In this document: one piece after another, positions 12,543 to 26,051 of the stretch
Position numbering within the stretch: position 1 is the first letter of the stretch
Layout: each line of letters opens with the position of its first letter
Source: Camelus dromedarius
Lineage: Eukaryota
Assembly (NCBI RefSeq): GCF_036321535.1
Contig: NC_087436.1
Coordinates: forward strand, 12,462,001-12,526,000
Direction: 5' to 3'
DNA length: 64,000 nt
Notes under the pieces: generated by a model
The model's input: only the letters and a program-made list of their open reading frames with translations
Told to the model about the DNA's origin: nothing
The model's database searches: none
Translations under genes and position numbers: made by a program

Positions 12543-13151
12543 TAAAATGTCAAATAAAAAGAAAAAAGTCAATATTCAAGTGAACTTTTAAAACTGGGTT
12601 TTCTAATTTGGCATAAAAATGGACAGTTACTAACATTCCTACTCTATTACAGGAACTATGAAAACATGACACTTAATTTAACATTTTGCAAAGAAAAAAA
12701 TACTCATGAGAAATCATATATATGTATTGTGGCTCCCAGACTTAAGAAAAGACTTAGGAAATACTATTTTCCCTAGAATATTAGAAATAAGCTTGTCAGA
12801 AGGATAAAGATTTCATTTGTTTCTTACAAAATGACAGAATCACAAATTCTATAAGCTACACAAATTGGTGAAAAATTAATTTTGCCAGCCATATGAGAAG
12901 TACAATGATGAAAGAAGAACCAAATAAAATAATTCCATCTACTCTACTGGGCAAAAATTACATTGTTTCAAGATGAGGAAAAAATGTAGAAAATCATTTG
13001 TATAATGAACTGCATTCAAGCAAATTTTCATCACAAGTGGATGTGAGCACTCTGTGTTAAAAGAAAAAAAAAATGCCGTATTGCATATGTAAGGCTTAAA
13101 AAGAATAAAACATTCATAGAGGAGATGCTATTTTCAAAATTACTGATAGAA

Positions 13152-13475
13152 TTTCCACTTCCATATGGAAGTAGCAGAGTTTGGAATTACCTTCCTACTG
13201 TAAACAACTAGAAAATTAACAACAACAATGAAAAAGGAAACCATTGCACTTACAGTTTAAAATATAGACAATGCAGGACTGTGGTCCCTGACAGAAGATA
13301 AACACAAGGGGAAAACACTATGAACCCACCAGCTTTCCTCCCAGAGAAAATTTCAAGACTGCTATAAAGGGAGAGAAATTATAAACATAGCCCATTAGTC
13401 TCACTGAGTTGAGGAGACACTGAACACAGTGTGGGGAGGCCAAGGGGTCAAGAATTTACAGAACAGACTATCAGA
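13152..13475 (+). mobile_element. Ancient L1M 5' region fragment (L1MD/L1ME-like)
   Basis: GCAGGACTGTGGTCCCTGACAGAAG..CCAGCTTTC..GTCTCACTGAGTTGAGGAGAC..TGGGGAGGCCAAGG resembles recalled L1M 5' consensus. Confidence 0.6.
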
Positions 13476-15797
13476 AACTTTAAATCACCTTAAGCTTACT
13501 TGTAAGACTAATACAAAGTGAATGCTATTTAAATAGTTGCCAGCACATGGAAAATTCAAGTTTTGCCCTTTGGAACTTAGGAAGATCCTACTTGAGGATG
13601 AAACCACACACCTGAAAGCAGCACTGAGAGACAGAGGGGACGAAGTTCCACCCTTTGTGCTTCCCAAGTATATGACCCACTAAGTTTTCCTTTCTCGCAT
13701 AAACTCATTTGTATTCAATTTACGTTACTTGCAACTAATGCAAACGAGTACACATCACTTTCTCAAGCAGGTGACCTAGGAGTAACTAATAGTTTACCAT
13801 TTTGTCATTTTCATTAGAGGCTACAATTGAGACCTGGCTTTTAACAAAAACCATGTGTAAAAACTGACATTGGACTATCTGCTACATATTGCAATTTACT
13901 GTCATTATCAATATTAAAATCTAATAATTATATTTGAAGCAAATGATCTCTCCACTTTCTTAGCAATACTGAGAAAAATGGAGTGAAGACTGGTTGGAAG
14001 ATTTAGGTAATAAAGACATGATCAGACACCTGAGCCCAGGCTGGTTTTAATGCAGGCAGAACTATTTTCTTTAATGGGGTTTAATTGGTATTCACCTAGC
14101 TCAATCTTAATTTCTCCTCAGCTTTTAAAAACTTTTAAAATAATGCAGTTTTCACTGATTGCATTTCTCCTGTGCATTAACAAATACTTGGGCAAATTAT
14201 ACCAAACTTGGCATCACTCCTTTTTCTTTCTTGATAGTCATTGGGATTATAATGTGAAACTACACTTTCTTTGCAAATAGCACTGGGTTAATCAAATTTG
14301 CCTTAATGATAGTATAAAATTACTGTCCTACACTTCAGTCATATTCTGCACAGAACTTTCAAGCTTTGGAAAATTATGATAGAATGAGTTATCTCCTCCA
14401 TTTCATGTAGAATATTAAGACCCAAATCCATTTTAAAAGATTTAAATTTTTTTCCATTAGAATGTGGTTTCAGAATAACTGTTCTATTCTATACAATTTC
14501 ACATCCTTGTAATAAAAAAGTCATAATGAATAAGCAATCATGGCCAAATTTAGTATTGTGGGATGATTTTCATGTTATCATAAGTAATTATTTAAATTGT
14601 GGCAATGCCTGAATATCAGAAATTTCACATTTATATCCTTACCTCTCTTGAATTTTTCATATTGTATTTCCTCAGGCAGACTCTTCCAGACTTTTTGAAC
14701 TTGTTCTCAGAATCTTTTTCAATTTATGTCTCAGAGTTTTTAGGGATGGAAGAGAATTTTATTCATGGAATGGGTCAATAAAGTTTCAATTACCAAAATG
14801 TATTTTCTTAATCCACAGTCTTCCTTTATGCTTTACGTAATAAAAGTATTCTTCTTAGACTCTGTACTTAACAGAATAGATCTCGTATTCTGATATTTTA
14901 AAGTATGGATTTGAAAATATATTTTTAAAAGTATAGTCTGACATTTCAAATATCTCTGCCCAGATATATCTGAGCTGTCACTCGCTAGATAGAGGATCTA
15001 TGTTTTCTCACCCATAAAATGAAAACAATAGACTTTGGAAAATTAAAATATTTGTGAGAAATAAATGAGATAAGTTAAAAGTACCTAGCATAGTACACAG
15101 TACATCTGTTTCAGTTAATTTGTATATGGAGTTAATTACTTAAGACAAACTTGGTTCTTCAACACGAAAGACAGATAGAAATTCACTATTTCCCTGTTAT
15201 AAGCATAGAGTTTTCTTAAATAGTATCAATATGAAATTCTTATCAGAAGGCCAGGAAAACTCTTTTATCTGATGCTTAGAAATGAGATAAATGAACCATC
15301 TAAAGATGCCCTAAAATTGCAGCTTGTGCTGATATTTAAACAAATGATGAACTTGGACTTAATCCCAAAGTGATTTGAACAGTTTCAATCTCTGTCTTAT
15401 GAAGCATTAAAACGATTATTGAAACACATGAGCACTGGGGGTAGAAAAGGTCCACATTTCCTGGCATAAGTTAGACGCCCGAAGAAATGAAATCTCTCCT
15501 TAAGGTATCACAAAGGAAATGAAACCAAATTATCAAAACTAGATAGATACTGCTCAAAAACGAAATATATGCACATTTTGTTACTGATTTCTGTTTGATA
15601 GGTTTCCATGAGAATTTGTGTCTGAGGCTTATTCTGAAAGAATGTTTCTCAAATGTAATATTTATGTCCTCTTAATTATGAAATCTAAAAAACACAAAAA
15701 CAAACTAATAAAAACAGGAGACAAGAAGACATAGCTAAGATAATTTGATGCTGCACTAAAATCCAGTGGTTCGAGTTAGACAAAACATAGAATAAAG

Positions 15798-15975
15798 CCC
15801 TGCTTTTCAACTCTCATCACACATTAGAATCCCTAGAGTGCTTTTAACATATATAAATACCTGTGCTCCAAGCCCTGGGATTGTGATTTAATTAGTCTAA
15901 TATGTGGACAAAATATTTATATTAGTTTAAAGCTGTCTAGGTGATTTAATAAGCACCAGGTTGAGAAACACTAGA
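15798..15975. mobile_element. MER5A-like MITE, followed by a MIR fragment (about 15985-16090)
   Basis: CACATTAGAATC..GATTTAATT..CTAGGTGATT..GGTTGAGAAACACT. Confidence 0.65.
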
Positions 15976-16959
15976 TTAAGGCTTAACTGGGTCGAATCGC
16001 CAGGGTTTAAATCCTGGCTGTTTTTCACTTGCTCCATACACTTGTGCAAATTGCTTAACCGATTCGGAATTTCATTTCTGTGATATGTAATTTATTATTT
16101 ACTGCTTGGCACAATGCTGATTTTTTGTAATGCTATTTATTTATGAAATGTTTTCCTGAAAACATTTAAGTAAGTGATCTTTCACTGCCCTGTCCATATG
16201 TATGTCTCTCAGGCTCTGAGTACCCCTGACACACTCCGTGAAAATTAGCAGTGGAGATAGTGGTCGTCACTCTCTGTTGAGTGATTTGGGAAAAATACTG
16301 CAAAATATCCACTAATGAGTGCTGTATCTTGCAGAGTGTTTTTCAACACGGGTTATTTAATCTACTAAGGCCTTATTTTCGGCCACTTATTTTGTATTTC
16401 ATAGAACTCAAATGGAGAACATGAGAATTCACTCCTCATGACTGCAGTGAACTACAAGTACCATCACATACTTTAGAGCTAACCCACAGCTAATTACTAA
16501 TGAAGTGCTTAGGGTCAGGTCATCTCTCTCTCTCTCTCTCCATCACTTTCCTTTTAGAAATATGTTTTTAAAAAAAAATCATTCAAAATCATGTGCTGAA
16601 ACAAGGTTACTGAAAAATTTAATTAAGTTTCATCTCTGGGTTTAAATATCTTTGATATGTGAAAATGCATAAGTCACACAATCTTGTGACCAATATGAAT
16701 ATGTGAAAAAAATACTAGAAATCTGTACTTTTCATTTATGTTAGTACACATAATCCAACAAAAAATTATTTGGGGCTCAATTGTTCATCTTGAGAGGGAA
16801 TTTATCACTTATTGGAATAGATGAGAATGATATAAATAAGTATATTAATAATCTATTTAAATGTATTCTTTCTAAAGTAGTTGAAAAAATTTCCCTTTTT
16901 CAATATACTCCATTGTGAAGTTTTGGTGAATTATGAAATAATGAGTGTTAACCCATAAA

Positions 16960-17140
16960 GGCGAACAACCTCAATTTCCAGATGCCTCAAATTGAATCAC
17001 AACTTCAGCACATATAGATGGACAAGTTATTTAACCTTCCTAGGGCCAGAGCTTCCTCATCTGTAAAATACGGACATTTATGGTACTTACATCATAGGGC
17101 TTGTGAAGAATAAATGTGATAGCCCATGTGAATTGTACTG
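16960..17140 (+). mobile_element. MIR fragment
   Basis: GGACAAGTTATTTAACCT..TTCCTCATCTGTAAAAT..TACTTACATCATAGGGCTTGTGAAGAATAAATG. Confidence 0.75.
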
Positions 17141-17633
17141 TACATGTGAAGGACAGACTCTACGATAGCGCAGTCTATGGGTAATTCAGATCTCACTCAC
17201 CGGCCCAGGACTGCCCAGGAGATCTGGGATCTGATCATCTTTGTTCTAGAATGATTCTGGAGGTTATACTCTGAGTCCATGAACCAATTTGTAAACCCAG
17301 CAGGTCTTAGAAGCAAGCTGTACAAAATCACTTAAGAATTAGACTGTTCTTTCCAAGTTGCCTGTGTCTCCTGCTGCTTACTAAATCTTGTAATTTCTTA
17401 TCCTCTGTGAAATTGCTTTATTTCTTATCTGAGGAGATTCTTATCTTTGGAAATTTTGATATGGGAATTATGTTTCTTTACCAAAAATGCCGAAAGAGTT
17501 TTATGGAACAAAAAATCCACAAGAGGCACAAGTTAGCAGGTAGGGTAATTGCATTGTTACCTCATCATATTATAAATAAGAGCAGAAAATGCTCAAGTAA
17601 ATCTGTATTAAAGAATGAGCAGGATGAATAAAC

Positions 17634-17969
17634 TGTTGACCTGAAACAAATAAACAGCCAAATATCTCTCTAGCAAAGATGAATTTATCCAGTATCAACA
17701 GAGAATTGCTATTTGGGGTCCACAACCATGGTGAACCATGTGCAAATCCCTGCACAGCAGGGAAGAACACTTTCAGAGAGAGGCAAAGGAGTTTTGAGGG
17801 CTATAGTAAACAAAGAGGCATGGCTTTTCATTGACTCAGTCCTTGCCAGGAAAGAAGAGGAGTCTTTCTTCTTCCTCTTGGTTTCTGCTCTCATAACTGG
17901 GTGTGAGAATTCCCTTCCTGGTCTCCCAATGCTATTTAGTGAAGGTTTCTGTTTATTTTCTAAAAAACA
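17634..17969 (-). mobile_element. Probable ERV solo LTR (family not assigned)
   Basis: Begins TGTTGAC and ends AAAACA; composition and layout resemble an LTR; no clear TSD. Confidence 0.5.
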
Positions 17970-18128
17970 ATAAAGGAAAATAAAAGAAAGAAAAAATTAA
18001 AGGGAGAGATGAAGAAGCAGTGAGGGGAGTCCAGAGGAGGAAGGGAGAGAAAGGGAAATATGCGGGGAAGTTAAAGAGAAGGAAATAGGGAGATGGAAAG
18101 GGGAAGGAGGGGAGGACAGGAGAAGATT

Positions 18129-18180
<52 letters not shown>
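17970..18180. repeat. Purine-rich tract followed by (AGAT)12 at 18133-18180
   Basis: Read directly. Confidence 0.95.
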
Positions 18181-18183
<3 letters not shown>

Positions 18184-20039
18184 GTGTAGATGCAGTTTTA
18201 TTTACATGAACATGCATTTATTATAATGTTTAAAAAAAAATAAGCCCAAACATGTTTAATTCATTCTTGATCAAAATTTGTTTGAACTGTTTGTCATTAA
18301 TTTCAACTGTCCATGAGAAGAACTTACTAAGATATGTTATGGTAAAAATATTATTTGTACTAGTGCTGCGAGAAGATAAAGCTTTCGATTAATTATTATA
18401 CTTCTTTAGAGAGTTAAGAAATAAGATTAGATTGTTTACATGCCAATTACCATAGCATTTAAATTAAGTTTATACTTCTTTACTATTTTATTACCATAAG
18501 GTTGAGTTTCTAAGTCTGTTTACTAACGAAAAACATAGAAATTTTTCCATAATATTGAATGCCACGGTAGAAATATTTCTATCAAATGATGATTGATTTG
18601 ATTTGTGATGCTGAGATTTATAAGCATTTGTTTCAGAAAGCATATTTGTTAATGTTTCTTTTTTGAAGAAAACTGTTTTTGTTTTTTTTTATAACATAAA
18701 ACATATCATAGGAGAAACATTTATCATGGGAGGTTTTCTTTCATCAAGTTTTTGGAGTCAACCCAGTAATTCTCACCTCACAGGCCTAATTCTAATATAT
18801 CCAGTGAGTAAAAAAACTCATTGGAGATCTGCCTATCACTGGAAGATTGGAGGATTTGCTAAGGAAAAGAAATTTTTTTTCTAGCATTTCTCCAAGGTCT
18901 ATATCTTTCATTTCTTTTAAATGAGCCTACATGCTACCATGCACAGAGCTTGGTTTATGGACAAGCAGGTGAGTTTTCAATTCCACATTTCCAATTCAAA
19001 TTTCTGCCACATAGCATGAAACTCTGAGTCACTTTTTTTTGAGTTTCAGTCTCACCATTTGTAAAAGAAGGATAAAGTAAGCCATGTTAGAATACTGACT
19101 AGCACATCCAGAAAAAATACGAATAAAATGAACAGATGGATGAACAGGTCTAAATTATGCTCTCAACTCAAAGGTGCTCAATAAATGTCTATGTTCTTGC
19201 ATTCTAAGAATCACTTTACTCCCATGTTAAGGCTACAATTAAGATAGTTCTTATTCACAACTTTGAATTATTTAGAACATGTAGACAAATGGCTAATTTC
19301 TAAAAGTCCATGTTTATCACCTTTTTTCAAATTCAACTCAAACCACCCTTTCCAGAAATCACTCAAACTTGGAGCTCCATTGTCTCCTTTTGATACCTAC
19401 ATTCTTCTTGCAGCACAATGCTTTGCCTTTGCTGGCTTTCCTCATTGTTTCCAAGCCATTTTAAGTGTCTCTGTTTTGTCTTCTGAACCATATTCCTTCT
19501 TTAACGACAGAAATATATCTTTTGCTCTTAACAGTACTGAAAGGCTGTATGCCTGGGCACACAACAGGCAGACAGAAGTAAAATGTTTGCAACCAGGAAA
19601 ATACTACTTTAAGCCAATAACTAAGGTTAATAAAAATGAGTGTTTCCATGACTCTGATCTAAAGTTTATGAAATAATGCTTTTTACAGCCATATTACTTT
19701 CAAATGTCAAGACCAAAAGATCCAATTCAAAATAGGGTTGAGAACACCAGGCCATGACAACTCAGCTTTCTTGGATGTTAATGGTCCAGTTCTTTGATCT
19801 GGCTGGTTAGGTGCCTGTCTTGTTTTCCCTCACTGCTCCAAAAGTTGGAACTCAGGTCAGGATAATAACCTTTTCCTTGAGAAGAGCCACTGTTCTTCAG
19901 GCAAGTCTATATATGCAGGGCTCCAATTCCTTAAGAAGCTGTGCATCAGTGAAGCATGATTTAACTACTAAACTCAAGCCTGTGGTTTCACAAGTTCAGC
20001 AGAATTTCTCATTTGACTTTTTAACTGAAATATAGTCTT

Positions 20040-20297
20040 TTTTTTAACACACTATATTACAATTGTGTTATTTTCTTGGTACATATATTTTTATTGAAGT
20101 ATAGTCAGTTTACAATGTGTCAGTTTCTGATGTACAGCATGCTTTAGTCATACATGGACATATATATATTCACTTTCATATTCGCTATGGTATAGTAAAA
20201 CAATGGAATACTACTCAGCCATAAAAAATAACAAAATAATGCCATTTGCAGCAACATGGTTGGACCTGGAGATTGTCATTCTAAGTGAAGTAAGCCA
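20040..20297 (-). mobile_element. Short 5'-inverted L1 insertion
   Basis: Minus-strand 3' UTR end to about 20184, then plus-strand ORF2 end (CAATGGAATACTACTCAGCCATAAAA..GCAGCAACATGG..CTAAGTGAAGTAAGCCAG); imperfect TSD GAAATATA(CA)GTCTT. Confidence 0.85.
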
Positions 20298-20568
20298 GAA
20301 ATATACAGTCTTAGTTTATCTCCCCCAGGTCTGAAATGCCCACCTTGAGAACTTTCTGCTATTCTCCTTTGACTTTGAGTAGTATTATATGTAACTTTAT
20401 TTCTCATGCTGGGTTCATCTTCATTTCTTGTTTCAACAGCTTCCAAATTTTCATGACTTTAGTTTTTGCTAAAAATTTGTGGGATCAGTTTAGGGTGAGG
20501 GTTATAGAGGAAAGCACTATCACAGAATATCACAGAATATGTAACACCTTGCTAACCTAACTGGTCCC

Positions 20569-20970
20569 TGTGTTTGTTTGCTAGGGCCAAAAAAAAAAAA
20601 AAAAAAAAAAAAAAAGTACCAGAGACTGGGTGATTAACCAACAAATTTATTTCCTCATTGTTCAAGAGGCTGAAAGTCTAAGATCAAGGTGTTGGCAGGG
20701 TTGGTGTCTTCCGAGGCTGATCTTTTGGGCTCAGAGATGATCGTTTTTGACCTGTCCTCATATGATCATTCATTCCTGTATGTCTGTCTATATCCCAATC
20801 TCCTCTTCTCAAAAGGACACCAGTCACTGGCTTAGGGCCCACCCCAGGGGCCCCATTTAACATTAATTACCTCTTTAGAGACCCCATCTCCAAATACAGT
20901 CACAATCTGAGTTACTAAGGGTTAGGATTTCAATATACGGATTTGGGGGGGGCACAATTCCACCCATAAG
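20569..20970 (-). mobile_element. MaLR solo LTR (MLT1B/C-like) with an expanded A-run at 20589-20615
   Basis: AAATTTATTTCCTCA..AGATCAAGGTGTTGGCAGGGTTGGT..CCAAATACAGTCACA..CACAATTCCACCCATAA. Confidence 0.85.
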
Positions 20971-22659
20971 AGTCTCGCTTCATTTTTTCTTTCCTGTATG
21001 TGCCTGGATTACGTCCTTCTGCCTTCATTCCTGACACAATTCCTCTTTTCTATAAGCAGCCTGCTGCTAAGCATAATCCAGCCCCCTCTCCTCAGCCTGC
21101 TTCATGCTCCATCTTTTCCTGCTTAGTCTCATCTTTCCTGTACTTTCAGTGTCTCCAATTTGAGCCAGAAGTGCTAAGAAACAAAAACAAAACAAAACAC
21201 TCAGCATTTGAGTCTTTCTCCTTTCTTGCCTTCCAGTATCATGAACAAGGGAATGAAGAAGCAATAAACAAGACAGGCAAGAAAACAAGAGATCCATTTA
21301 CCTTCTGAACAAGGTATAGCTCAGGCTGGGGTTGGAACCAGAATGCAGTCTGAGTATTGTGCACGTGTCCACACTTACTTACTGTGGGATGTTTTGTAAA
21401 TGGAACAAATTTTGTAGTCATATGTTTAAAAAAATGAAATGAGTCTTTCCTTTGTTCATCTTCATACTGTTGAAAACCATAAGCTTATTTCAGTGTAAAA
21501 ATATAACCAATCAAAACAAAATTGTTAACATTTCTTTTCCCTAATTAGTGACTCCTTTTGTAAAGAAAACATTTTATTTAAGTAATTAGCCAAGTCAATA
21601 ATTAGGATATAATTGAATTTGAGGCTGCTTCCAACTCTTGAAGTTTAGATCACTCAAGTTATCTACAATTTAACATTTGACATTTAGGTAACCAGGGAGA
21701 CATGAAAAGTACACTCTTTATTAGCACTTTTTTTTTTCTTTTTCAGATGAGCAAAACATATCCATAGAAACTTATTTTGTTGCAGGACAGAAAAAATTTT
21801 TTAAAGATCTGTCATAGCAAAATTAATATGGGCATTTTTCCCCTTAGATCATCATCTTCATGATGACACACCTGAGGATTAATGTGGTTTCTTTCTTGTG
21901 AGGAATCTCAAGGTTTTCACAGTATCTCTACTCAGGTTGTTCAGTAGATAGTTTAAATTATTCATGTTTTCCCCCGGATTACTTTCATCACTCCTGGATA
22001 AACTATTTGGAGTAAAATTGAGGAAAGCTTAAGCTCTAGATAGGAAGAAGTCTCATGTGAGCAACTTGCAACTTTGACCCCAAGTCTCATATTCATGAGC
22101 CTTTGTCATGCTCTGGCTGAGATGTTTTTAATTCTTATTAAAGTCAGCATGTAGTGGGATGCCAGGAAAATTGAATGGACCCTGTTTCTTATTTACCTAA
22201 AATGTCTCTTTTTTGGTAATTATGCTTTTGATTTATGTTACTCTGACAGTAAACATGTGAGAGAGAAGACAGAAATTTGGTAGGTGAGGCTGAAAAAAAC
22301 ATAAGAGAAGGGGATTTGTTAAATAAATTAAAAAAAAGAGAGAGAGAAAGAGAGATGATGCTTAATGATTTATGGTGGAAGAATTCACCAGTCTGGGAGT
22401 GTCTTATTTTTGACCTTGGCCCAGGGCAAAAAACTGATCCAATTTGTGAATGTTCCCATCTCTAAATTTCAAAAAGAGGGAGGTGAAACTTAGAAGCACT
22501 TTGAAGCCAAGATGTCCTTGACCTTTCAATTGCCCACAGATAAGAACTGGTCCTGCTCTTCCATGCCACCCCTTCTTCCCTGAATGCCCGAGACAATGCT
22601 CTCACTTTTTATTATCTAAAGCCTATGTGTTCTGTAAAAATACAAGAGTTGGAGGAGGA

Positions 22660-23013
22660 GTCTATAGACTAAATGTTTCTGTGCCCCACAATTCCTATTA
22701 AATCCTACCACCCAATCTGATGGTATCTGGAGATGGGTTCTTCCAAAGGTGATTAGGTCAAGAGATGCAGCCCAAATGAATGGGATTAACGCCTTTACAG
22801 AAAGGACCCTCGTCCCTTCTGCCCCAAGAGGACACGCCACTAAGACAGCTGTCTATGAAGCAGGAAGGAGGCTCTCACTAGACACCCAGACACCAAATCC
22901 GCCAGCACCTTGAACTTAGACTTTCCAGCCTCCAGAACCGTGGAAATAAATTTCTGTTGTTAAGTCACTCAATCTATGGTATTTTTGTTTCAGCAGTCCA
23001 AATGGACTAAGAC
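22660..23013 (+). mobile_element. MaLR solo LTR (MLT1A-like)
   Basis: ATGAATGGGATTA..CCAGCACCTTGAACTTAGACTTTCCAGCCTCCAGAAC..AAATAAATTTCTGTTG..GGACTAAGACA. Confidence 0.88.
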
Positions 23014-23039
23014 AGGGTGAGAAAGAAAAACTAAAAGCT

Positions 23040-23240
23040 TTTGAATACTTACTAAGTCCTTGAAAATAATTGTCTCAGAATTCCGTGATATCATCACTGT
23101 AGCCATTCTTATATTAAGGATGATGGAATGGAGGCTCAAGGAGCATGAATAACTTTCCCCGGGCCATCTAATTCATAAACTATAAAAAGGGTTTGAACTC
23201 ACATCTATATGACCCCAAAGCACATGCTTATTCCTTTCGC
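23040..23240 (-). mobile_element. MIR fragment
   Basis: GATGGAATGGAGGCTCAAG..TAACTTTCCC..GGGTTTGAACTCAC..TGACCCCAAAGC. Confidence 0.6.
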
Positions 23241-24439
23241 CCTGTTCCTGCAGCTCCAGAGAGTAACACATACAAAGACATGGAAAGAAAAAAAAGCAAG
23301 AATTTGGGGAACAAGAAAATGATGTGCATAGATGATAGTTTTAAAGTAGTAACCGTCACAAAGGAACTTTCCGAACCCTTACATTGTGACCAAAGGGAGT
23401 GACAAGCTTTGTGTGTGTGTATGTGTTTTGCACATATATTATGCACTTTAATTTACTTTCATGAAAAATCAGAAATTTAGCCAGATTGATCTGAGATCAA
23501 GGCACCAAAGAGGCATTTTGATTTATTTTCAGAGAGCTTGATTTTCAAAGAAATTAATTTATATTCTATTTGAGCAAACAAAATCTAACATGTATTTAAA
23601 GTACTGTATGGAGAAAGGTCACTTCCAAGAAAAACAGCCTTATGTCTTCCTGACCCCTACATTCTGCATGTGGGTCTCCATAGAAATGGTGCCTTCATAA
23701 TCAGTGAGCATAAAAAACTCATCCTTTGAAGAAAAAACAGCCTTTTGCAATTAAGTGAAAGAAGAATACGTTTATTGATAGAAAAAGCATGGAGATAAAA
23801 AAAAGGTAGAAAATTTTCTTTTGAAATAATCATTGTGAATAGCAACAACTTGATAAATGCATGGCTTTATACTGACAGGTGGTCACTCTTTTTGCCTTTT
23901 TATTATTTTTTCCTTAATTGGTAAATCAAGTTATGATCACAATGAAACCAGAGGAAAGGATGCCTAAAAAATCCTTACTTTCACTCGTTTAATATACTTG
24001 CATCGTATAGGATCACAAGGAATCAAAGACCTGTCAATCACAAGCAGCAGCGTTGGTGATGTGATTTACTCTTGTGTCTGGGCTCTCGGGATGGAATTAA
24101 ATGCAGCAAACTTATTTTTAAGAGGAACGCATAATTTGTCTTTGGAGTGTACTCTTTTTCTGATTAGAAAAAAAATCATATACATTTATCATTAAAAAAT
24201 AGGAAAGTATTAAGAGAAAGAAAACCTCTTCTGCAATCCTGAGTTAATTTTATCACTACTAACATTTCAGCGTATTTTCCTTCAGTATTTCCGTTTTCAA
24301 AACACACATTTAGTGAGTCGAAATTCTATTAAATAATAATTTTATCTTACTTTGGATGAATTTTATTTGCTAAATATTTTGGATGGCAGGAAGCAATGCA
24401 TTTTCACACCAGCCCTGACAGAGGCTTCAGTGGCTAAAT

Positions 24440-24605
24440 GACTTCCTTAAACGCAGCCTCCGGGAGCAGTATCAGCAGCTCTTGGGCTGCTTCTACATCT
24501 GCATGCCCAGGACCCACCCTAAAACAATCAGTGCTTCCAGGCATCAACGCTTTTAAAATGCCCCAAAGTGATTCTAACGCATAGCCATCATTGAGTGTCA
24601 GGGCT
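24440..24605. mobile_element. MER5A-like MITE
   Basis: GCAGTATCAGCAGCTCTTGGG..CCCAGGACCCACCC..CCCCAAAGTGATTCTAA. Confidence 0.6.
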
Positions 24606-25116
24606 GTAAATTTTGAAGCCTTCAAAGTTTTTCATCTCAAACACTCTAAAAGAATTTTGAAAAAGAGTGTTGCCTCACCCATTTGAAAGTTGACCTCAAA
24701 TCTTTTATTATGATGAATTTAAATATTTATAAAAGATGCAATTTCTGACACATTATAAATACTGATATCTTGAAATAACTTTTTTGTATTACTCTTTTAA
24801 ACGTATCCAGAGGACTCTAAAGAACACAGCAGTTTGATGTCTACCCTTTCAGTTAATCCATTGACCTTGTTTGGACAGTCAGAAATTTTACATCATTCCT
24901 TTAATCTTTGATCTTGTGTTTCCATTCCTTTAATTCCAGATAATTTTATCTCAAGATAATATTACTATAATTCAAAGTAATTTATTGACCACCCTCAGAA
25001 AATATGTATGTAAGTTGAAATTTAATTTTTTGCCCATGACATAAGGACTAACAGATTTCTTCTGGATTAAAAAACCCCAAAGGAAGCAGGTGCTCAGCTT
25101 GGAGGAGGCATCCACG

Positions 25117-25178
25117 ATGGATGGGTGGATGGATGGATGGATGGGTGGATGGATGGGTGGATGGATGGATGGATGGAT
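25117..25178. repeat. (GGAT/GGGT)n microsatellite, adjacent to an old minus-strand L1M 3' fragment (to about 25470)
   Basis: Read directly; it produces the spurious MDGW-repeat ORF. Confidence 0.92.
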
Positions 25179-26051
25179 ATCTACCTGTGCCCTCTGAAGT
25201 ATCTGTGTGAACATTTCTCAAGGATAAATGCCCAAGGAGAAGGTGGGTTATTGGGTATCTGTGTGCTTAATTTGAATAATTCCTCCCACACTGCTCCTAT
25301 TATCCATACGGGGTAGTTGTGTATCCCCACGTCCCACTAGCACAGCATTATCAAGCTTTCTAATATTTGCCAATTCTATAGGTTTAAAGTGACATCTTAC
25401 TATTATTGTAGTTTCATCCCTCTAATTATTAATGAGTTTGAGCATGCCAGTCATGTGATTTTTGGCCCTATCTAGGTCTTCGTGTGTTTAGGCTAGATAA
25501 CAAAATGTCAAATGGAATAGATTGAGGAATAATTTTTCTTTTAGGGAAAAAGGAAACTCAAGAGGCCAAGCCCAGCAGAAAATAAAGGGATGGTGTGGAT
25601 TCCCCACGTGTTATCCTCCCACAGAGGAGTAGATCGATCCTGGTTGCTGCGAGATGGTCTATAGAACATTCTTCCTCAGTCACTGTCTCTTCTTATAGTT
25701 CTAGGATGAGAGCATCCTTGACTGTACAGAATCATAGTCTACACAGTCATCTGGATTCAGATGGCAACTTTTTACAGTTGTTTGGGAATGACAGCTGTTC
25801 AATATGTAGAGATCTTGGACAAATCCATGAACTTGTAGAGCAACATGACTTGCCAGATAACTAAGAAATTTCATGAGCATTGTTCTGCTGACTCACTTCC
25901 TGGGCAGTGAATTGTATTCTCTACTTTCTGCCCAATGAGTGGCCTTTTCTTGACCAGTGTCATTAATATCAAATCTGAGAAGTTGTTTAGCCATCTTCTA
26001 GTATCCTCTCCACTTGGGCCTGGAATGCAGAAGACGCCCCCATTCACTCCG

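Noticed and set aside
17154..17178. Short hairpin AGACT..AGTCT
   Set aside because: Stem is too short to exceed chance
19263..19676. 137-aa ORF and the other 100-140-aa ORFs (25998, 49155, 50462, 54753, 58189, 59121)
   Set aside because: No recognisable domains, many have non-ATG starts, several lie in repeats, and lengths are near chance expectation
24972..25316. HPSI/MDGW repeat proteins
   Set aside because: Translation of a (GGAT)n microsatellite
25590..26040. Processed pseudogene (minus-strand QFTAQEVSQQNNAHE is vaguely cytochrome b5- or integrase-like)
   Set aside because: Similarity is limited to a few residues, with stops in the flanking frames and no poly-A or TSD
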